Shown here: positions 58,271 through 64,000 of the stretch, in pieces
How the letters are laid out: each line of letters starts with the position of its first letter
Numbering within the stretch: position 1 is the stretch's first letter
Source: Candidatus Bathyarchaeia archaeon
GTDB taxonomy: Archaea > Thermoproteota > Bathyarchaeia > Bathyarchaeales > Bathycorpusculaceae
Length of the DNA: 64,000 nt
Direction of reading: 5' to 3'
NCBI GenBank assembly: GCA_038882955.1
Contig: JAVZNC010000002.1
Coordinates: forward strand, 128,001 to 192,000
The notes under the pieces: model-generated
Seen by the model: only the letters and a program-made list of their open reading frames with translations
Told to the model about the DNA's origin: nothing
Database searches by the model: none
Position numbers and translations under genes: made by a program

Positions 58271-59605
58271 ATGGCTTTAGAACGTTTAGGCTCATCTCTT
58301 TACGAAGCCTTAAAAAAGGTTTTCAGGGCATCCGTTGTAGATGAGGCTACGGTTAAAGAGCTTGTACGCGATGTGCAAAGGGCTCTTCTTCAAGCAGATG
58401 TAAACGTTAAGCTTGTTCTTGACATTTCAAAGCGAATAGAAGAAAGGGCGTTAAAAGAAAAGTTGCCTCCAGGCATTTCCAGGCGAGAACACATAATAAA
58501 AGTTGTATACGAAGAATTGACGCGTTTCCTCGGAGAAAAACCCGTACCAGTCAAAATCGAGCCGGGCAAAAGAAAAGTGATAATGCTTGTTGGCATACAA
58601 GGTTCTGGAAAAACAACTGCAGCGGTGAAACTCGCAAGATATTTCCAGAAGAGAGGCTTAAAACCAGCTTTAATTTGTGTGGACACGTATCGCCCAGGTG
58701 CCTTTGCCCAGCTGCAGCAATTGGCGAACAGGGTTAATGTTCCCTTGTATGGCAATCCGAGCGTTAAGGACCCCGTAAAAATAGCTCTTGAAGGCTTAAA
58801 GCAGTTTAATGATCGAGACATCGTAATTATCGACACTGCTGGGCGGCACAAAGAGGAGCAAGAACTTATAAAGGAAATGATGATGCTTGAAAAGAACATT
58901 AAACCCGATGAAATCATGCTCGTTGTCGACGGAACAATAGGACAACAAGCAATGGCGCAAGCACAAGCCTTCAACCAAGCAACCCCAATAGGCTCAATCT
59001 TAGTGACAAAACTTGACGGTTCCGCCAGGGGCGGAGGCGCACTATCAGCAGTTGCAGCCACCGGTGCACCGATAAAGTTCATCAGCACAGGCGAAAAGAT
59101 TGAGGACATGGAACAATTCATTCCATCACGGTTTGTCGGAAGACTCTTAGGAATGGGCGACTTAGAAACCCTTTTGGAAAAAGTTCGCGAGGCAGAGATT
59201 AAGGTTCCAGAAAAGAAGGCGAAGGCGATTCTAAGCGGCAAATTCACGTTAACAGACATGTACGAGCAGTTCGAAGCTGTTAAGGGCATGGGCGCTTTCC
59301 GTAAACTGTTAAAAATGCTTCCTGGAATGTCCTATGACGTGCCCGAAGAAATGCTTAACATGGCTGAAGACCGCCTTGAAAAGTGGCGCGTCATGATTCA
59401 GTCCATGACAAAAGAGGAGAAGGAGAATCCAAAAATTTTCAATGCTTCGAGAATTCGGCGTGTAGCGAGGGGTTCTGGAACAAGCGAAAAAGAAGTGAAA
59501 GAACTGTTAAAACAGTATTCCTTGATGCGTCGTATGATGAAAACTTTGAGGCGCAAAAAGAAGTTGCCATTCTTAGGCAAAGGTTTGCCAATAGACTTTA
59601 AGTAA
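58271..59605 (+). CDS. srp54: Signal recognition particle protein SRP54
   Basis: GIQGSGKTT, DTAGR and TKLDG motifs; M-domain SRIRRVARGSG. Confidence 0.97.
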   Translation: MALERLGSSLYEALKKVFRASVVDEATVKELVRDVQRALLQADVNVKLVLDISKRIEERALKEKLPPGISRREHIIKVVYEELTRFLGEKPVPVKIEPGKRKVIMLVGIQGSGKTTAAVKLARYFQKRGLKPALICVDTYRPGAFAQLQQLANRVNVPLYGNPSVKDPVKIALEGLKQFNDRDIVIIDTAGRHKEEQELIKEMMMLEKNIKPDEIMLVVDGTIGQQAMAQAQAFNQATPIGSILVTKLDGSARGGGALSAVAATGAPIKFISTGEKIEDMEQFIPSRFVGRLLGMGDLETLLEKVREAEIKVPEKKAKAILSGKFTLTDMYEQFEAVKGMGAFRKLLKMLPGMSYDVPEEMLNMAEDRLEKWRVMIQSMTKEEKENPKIFNASRIRRVARGSGTSEKEVKELLKQYSLMRRMMKTLRRKKKLPFLGKGLPIDFK

Positions 59606-59637
59606 TAAGTCAACGAGCACGATAAAAAGGGATTGCC

Positions 59638-60972
59638 ATGGACTTTTTGGGAAAAGCGTTAGAGATGCTTCAGAAATATCCTTTATGTGATCATTGTTTA
59701 GGAAGGCAATTTGCCCTATTAGGGTGCAACATAGAAAACGCTGAAAGGGGAAGAATAATTAAATCAGCATTAACCCTCAAGGCTCACGATTTAATTCTTT
59801 CAAAGAGCGAAGAAGGTATGGAAATTTTAAGGATTCTTGCAAAAAATGGTTTCTTCCAAAACGCAACAGAAATAATTCGTAAAATGAAAAGGCGGGTTCC
59901 ACGCAAGAATGCGCCAAAAACATGCTTCTTATGTGAAAATAAATTTCAAGAAATCGAAAACACAGCGCAAAAAATTGTTGAAAACCTTGACAAATATGAA
60001 TATCGTAGCTTTTTGGTGGGAATTGAGCTGCCAGTCCGCATAGAAGAGCGAGAAGACGAGTTTAAGGCTAAATTTGACGTTGAATATGGCGAAAACATGC
60101 GAAGCGAATTCGGAAGGTTGTACGGAAAAAAACTCGCCGAACTTACTGGGAAAAACATTGATTATTCAAAACCAGACATTGTCGTCATAATAAATCCGAT
60201 AACAGGAGGTATGCGCCTCCAGATTAATCCACTTTACATTGCTGGAAACTACAAAAAAATGGTTAGAGGGATTCCGCAGTCAAAATGGTTGTGTTCAAGT
60301 TGCCGAGGGAAAGGATGCGAAAAATGCAATTGGACTGGAAAGATGTATATGGAATCTGTTGAAGAACTTATTGAAAAGCCATTTCTAGAAGAAACTGGCG
60401 GCGTAAAGGCGTCGTTCCACGCTTCTGGGAGAGAAGACATCGATGCCAGAATGTTGGGTAGGGGCAGACCATTCATGATAGAAATAGCGCAGCCTAAAAA
60501 GAGGTTTATAGACCTTAAAAAGTTGGAAGCTGCCGTGAACGCGTATGCTGAAGGAAAAATTCTGATATCCGATTTGCGGTTTGTGGACAAGTCTGTTATA
60601 CGTAAGTTGAAGAAGGGCGAGGCTTCTCAAAAGGAGTACCGCGTTATAGTGGAGTTCGAGAATGAAGTTGCCGATGACGAGTTACAAGTGCTTGAAGAAA
60701 AATTGGCGAACACCACCATCAAACAACGTACGCCACTACGCGTATTGCATAGACGGGCTGATTTAACACGGGAAAAGTACATATACGAGGTTAAAGTAAA
60801 GAAGTTGTCGCCCAAAAGAGTTGAAATGAAAATAAGATGCCAAGGAGGGCTCTATGTTAAAGAACTGGTGACTGGAGATGAAGGAAGAACAACGCCCAGC
60901 GTCTCTGAAATTCTCAAAAACAAAGCGAAGCCTATAAAACTAGATGTTTTAAATGTAATTATGAAATGTTGA
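59638..60972 (+). CDS. pus10: tRNA pseudouridine 54/55 synthase Pus10
   Basis: CDHCLGR, GREDIDARM, QRTP and GGLYVKEL motifs. Confidence 0.95.
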   Translation: MDFLGKALEMLQKYPLCDHCLGRQFALLGCNIENAERGRIIKSALTLKAHDLILSKSEEGMEILRILAKNGFFQNATEIIRKMKRRVPRKNAPKTCFLCENKFQEIENTAQKIVENLDKYEYRSFLVGIELPVRIEEREDEFKAKFDVEYGENMRSEFGRLYGKKLAELTGKNIDYSKPDIVVIINPITGGMRLQINPLYIAGNYKKMVRGIPQSKWLCSSCRGKGCEKCNWTGKMYMESVEELIEKPFLEETGGVKASFHASGREDIDARMLGRGRPFMIEIAQPKKRFIDLKKLEAAVNAYAEGKILISDLRFVDKSVIRKLKKGEASQKEYRVIVEFENEVADDELQVLEEKLANTTIKQRTPLRVLHRRADLTREKYIYEVKVKKLSPKRVEMKIRCQGGLYVKELVTGDEGRTTPSVSEILKNKAKPIKLDVLNVIMKC

Positions 60973-60988
60973 TGGTAAAGGTGAAAAA

Positions 60989-61285
60989 ATGAGAAAATCC
61001 AAGGGCTACCGCGCAGGAACACGGAAACTCCTCAGAAAAGAACCCAGAGAAAGAGGAAAAATAAGAATAAGCAAATTACTACATGAATATCAGCCCGGCG
61101 CCCGCGTAGTAATCAAACTTGACCCAAGTGTACAAAAGGGAATGCCGCATAGACGTTATCATGGTAAAGTTGGCACGGTTATCGAAAAACGAGGACAAAG
61201 CTATGTCATAAGCGTCACACAAGGCGACGCCGTTAAGGAGATTATCGCTAGACCCGAACATCTGGAACCATACAAGGGTGATTAA
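60989..61285 (+). CDS. rpl21e: 50S ribosomal protein L21e
   Basis: KGMPHRRYHG and RPEHL motifs. Confidence 0.97.
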   Translation: MRKSKGYRAGTRKLLRKEPRERGKIRISKLLHEYQPGARVVIKLDPSVQKGMPHRRYHGKVGTVIEKRGQSYVISVTQGDAVKEIIARPEHLEPYKGD

Positions 61286-61288
61286 ATC

Positions 61289-61621
61289 TTGTCAAAGCGT
61301 GCAGTAACCGAAAAAAAGCTTACGATTCCACAAGTTAAGAAAATACTGGAGTCCATGGGCGAAGAAAACCTCGACCAGTTTCAACGCCGCACATACGACT
61401 ACGTGTCCAAATTCTCAAAAGTTGATGCTGAAACAGCTGAAAAGCTCGTGGAAAAACTTGTTAGTGAGTTTGGTCTCGACGAGGATGAGGCTGTACAAGT
61501 GGTTAACTGCGCCCCAAAAAGCGTTGAAGAACTTCGGGTTTTCCTCGCTGGAGGCCGCAAAATCATCGAAACATCAAAATTGGAAGCAATAATTAGTCTT
61601 TTGAACGAACATCGAAAATGA
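61289..61621 (+). CDS. rpoF: RNA polymerase subunit Rpo4 (F)
   Basis: Synteny rpl21e-rpoF-DUF655-ksgA; PKSVEELR motif. Confidence 0.9.
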   Translation: MSKRAVTEKKLTIPQVKKILESMGEENLDQFQRRTYDYVSKFSKVDAETAEKLVEKLVSEFGLDEDEAVQVVNCAPKSVEELRVFLAGGRKIIETSKLEAIISLLNEHRK

Positions 61622-61671
61622 AATAGGCATTATACCATAATTTTAAAGAGCTGATAAAGGTAAAGGCAGCT

Positions 61672-62241
61672 ATGATGGAGAAAAGATACGAAGAATACGC
61701 CTACGTACTGGACTTCCTTCCACATGGTAGACCTGGGGTGCGCGTGACTGGAAGGGCTGGTTACAGAGCGGGAGCTCTTGTTCAGTTGATTGGTGAGGAA
61801 TTCTTTACTCTTTTGGAGGCGCTTGTCAAAGAGGGAGTCACTTTGAAGGCTCATGACCGCGTTTACGTGGGAAAGGAATCCAGAGAGGAAATAACCTACA
61901 TTATTGGGCGAGTGCGCTATGAGGAGCTGACTGCAGCGGCAAAAATGGAACTTCCATCTGTGGTAAGCAGAATAGTGTTGAATAGGGAAAAGTGGTTTGT
62001 TAACTTTTTTAACACGGCAAGGGCTATTACGCCGCGGATGCACGCTTTAGAGCTTATTCCTGGTATAGGCAAGAAGTACATGTGGCAAGTGATAAATGAG
62101 CGTGAAAAGAAGCCTTTCGAAAGTTTTGAGGATTTGCAAAAGCGCACTGAGCTGCCTAACCCCGTGAAGCTGATTACAAAGAGGATTTTGGAGGAACTTG
62201 CTGGCGAAACTAAATATCAGTTGTTCACGAGGACGCAGTAG
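61672..62241 (+). CDS. DUF655 RNA-binding protein
   Basis: VLDFLPHG, FTLLE and HALELIPGIG motifs. Confidence 0.92.
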   Translation: MMEKRYEEYAYVLDFLPHGRPGVRVTGRAGYRAGALVQLIGEEFFTLLEALVKEGVTLKAHDRVYVGKESREEITYIIGRVRYEELTAAAKMELPSVVSRIVLNREKWFVNFFNTARAITPRMHALELIPGIGKKYMWQVINEREKKPFESFEDLQKRTELPNPVKLITKRILEELAGETKYQLFTRTQ

Positions 62242-62252
62242 AATAGCGGTTA

Positions 62253-63083
62253 ATGGTTGAAATGAGCCTTTTAGAAGAAACGAAGTTTCTGCTTCGAAAG
62301 TATCGAATTACTCCGAAAAAGCGTCTTGGACAAAATTTTATGGTTAACCAATCAATTTTTCAGTTAATGGCAGACTACGCTTCCCTAACGGAAAACGACG
62401 TAGCATTAGATATTGGCGCTGGTTTAGGCTTTCTAACAAAATTTTTAGCTGAAAAGTGCAAAAGAGTGCTGGCTGCAGAATTTGACGCAAAACTTGTTAA
62501 AGTCCTCCGTGAACAGCTTAAGGCATATACAAACGTGGAGATTGTTGAAGGCGACGTTCTCAAAGTTCAAGTCCCCCAATTCAATAAGGTTGCTTCAATT
62601 CCACCATACAACATTTCTTCGCATTTGCTCCATTGGCTTTTTAATAAAGGATTTGAATGCGCAGTTCTGGTTTTGCAGAGAGAGTTTGCTCACCGCCTCG
62701 GCGCTCAAATCGGAAGCGAGGAGTACTGCTGGTTAACAGTTATGACATATTACAATGCGGAAGTGGAGCTTTTAGAGGATGTTCCAAACTGGATGTTTTA
62801 TCCAAAGCCAGAAGTGGATTCCATTATTGTGCGATTAAAGCCTAAAAAGCCACATCCTTTCATGGTGAAGGATGAAAGGCTCCTTCAAAAACTTACGCAT
62901 TATCTTTTTAATCGCCGCAACAGAAAGGTCAGAAACGTAATATCATCGTTTATTAAAAGTGCAAGTTTTTCGACGTCCGATAAAGCTAAAAATATTTTGG
63001 AATCCTTTGTGTTTTGTGATAAGCGGGTTAGGGAACTTGCGCCAGAAGATTTCGGAGAATTAGCCAATGCCCTTACAATGTAA
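62253..63083 (+). CDS. rsmA: 16S rRNA dimethyladenosine transferase
   Basis: LGQNF, IGAGLG, PPYNI and PEVDS motifs. Confidence 0.93.
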   Translation: MVEMSLLEETKFLLRKYRITPKKRLGQNFMVNQSIFQLMADYASLTENDVALDIGAGLGFLTKFLAEKCKRVLAAEFDAKLVKVLREQLKAYTNVEIVEGDVLKVQVPQFNKVASIPPYNISSHLLHWLFNKGFECAVLVLQREFAHRLGAQIGSEEYCWLTVMTYYNAEVELLEDVPNWMFYPKPEVDSIIVRLKPKKPHPFMVKDERLLQKLTHYLFNRRNRKVRNVISSFIKSASFSTSDKAKNILESFVFCDKRVRELAPEDFGELANALTM

Positions 63084-63687
63084 AACCGTATTTTTCGCGG
63101 ACAAAATCTTTCACGTCGGCAAGAACGTTTACGAACCCGCAGAGGACTCATTTCTTTTCGCAGAAAATCTAGATGTCAAAAGGGGCAACGTTGTTCTTGA
63201 CATGGGCACGGGATGCGGCATTTTGGGAATAATAGCCGCGGAAAAGGCTTCAAAGGTAATCGCTGTTGACATAAACCCGCATGCCATTCACTGTGCAAAA
63301 GAAAATGCAATACGAAACAATGTTGCTGATAAAATACTGTTTGTTCAAGGAAACTTGTTTGCACCATTAAGAACGAAAAGGCTTTTTGATTTAATCCTTT
63401 TCAATGCGCCTTACCTACCAACAAGAACTACCGAAAAACTCTCATGGATTGAGTACGCGTGGTCTGGCGGATTAAATGGAAGGCAAGTGATTGACCGCTT
63501 TATTTGCGAAGTGCCAAAATACTTGAAGGCTTGTGGGCGTGTGCTTTTGATGCAATCGAACCTTTCGGGAATCGGCGAAACAGCGCAACAGTTTAGAGAC
63601 GTTGGAATGAAGGCGAGGGTCATTGCAGAGCGTAATTTGCCATTCTTTGAAAAGGTTGTGCTTTTCGCGGCAGAACCGTTCGCATGA
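63067..63687 (+). CDS. HemK2/PrmC-like methyltransferase
   Basis: VYEPAEDS, DMGTGCG and FNAPY motifs. Confidence 0.9.
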   Translation: MPLQCKTVFFADKIFHVGKNVYEPAEDSFLFAENLDVKRGNVVLDMGTGCGILGIIAAEKASKVIAVDINPHAIHCAKENAIRNNVADKILFVQGNLFAPLRTKRLFDLILFNAPYLPTRTTEKLSWIEYAWSGGLNGRQVIDRFICEVPKYLKACGRVLLMQSNLSGIGETAQQFRDVGMKARVIAERNLPFFEKVVLFAAEPFA

Positions 63688-63740
63688 AAAAACTTATAAC
63701 GTGTAAACTTTACTATTGCTAGAAAATTTGAGGTCTCAAA

Positions 63741-64000
63741 ATGTGCATACTGGGCAAAGACAAGTTAAGGGAACTCATTGAAAACTACAAGTGTATTTAC
63801 CCATATGATTATAATTTGTTGGATGGAGACAGCTACATACTGACAGTGAAGGAGGAGACAACGCTTCACTATCTAGAGCATAAAAACCTAATATCCTACG
63901 AAATAGTTTTCACTCCACCAAATTATGTTGCACATTTAACGGCGAAAAGCAAGTATGGAAGGATGGGTCTATCTTTCCTCAACGCTGCAAAGGTTCACAG
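63741..64000 (+). CDS. dCTP deaminase/dUTPase-like protein, N-terminal part (runs off window)
   Basis: Manual translation MCILGKDKL...AHLTAKSKYGRMGL resembles the (R/K)SSxxRxG motif; SD GAGGT. Confidence 0.6.
   Translation, partial: MCILGKDKLRELIENYKCIYPYDYNLLDGDSYILTVKEETTLHYLEHKNLISYEIVFTPPNYVAHLTAKSKYGRMGLSFLNAAKVH

Noticed and set aside
58390-59289. 299-aa antisense ORF
   Set aside because: Shadow of srp54. The other overlapping ORF-track entries were rejected for the same reason.
1-64000. CRISPR array, transposase or provirus
   Set aside because: No regularly spaced repeats and no mobile-element genes were seen.

Overview
This is an archaeal core-genome window, most likely Bathyarchaeia or a related TACK lineage. 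That placement is inferred from the co-occurrence of PolD, Elf1, Fae-Hps, Alba, an AcnX-type mevalonate dehydratase and small lineage-type proteins. The window holds a cdc6/orc1-linked replication origin with three ORB elements, both PolD subunits, two ribosomal/transcription clusters, a 2-oxoacid:ferredoxin oxidoreductase operon, SAH/MTA metabolism genes, tRNA-Glu and an intron-containing tRNA-Ser. No mobile element or CRISPR array was seen. The most interesting signals are: (1) a three-gene module directly beside oriC, including a membrane-anchored coiled-coil winged-helix protein, with a repeated 16-mer GACATCACACATCACA, which is a candidate origin-tethering or segregation system; (2) an HTH-Fae-Hps fusion embedded in a cluster of nine YCGACA sites; (3) unannotated small RNAs, namely an H/ACA-like RNA with a large insertion, a C/D guide and a second structured RNA; (4) two single-base lesions at gene junctions or inside genes. 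All calls were made by eye, with no database searches or folding calculations.
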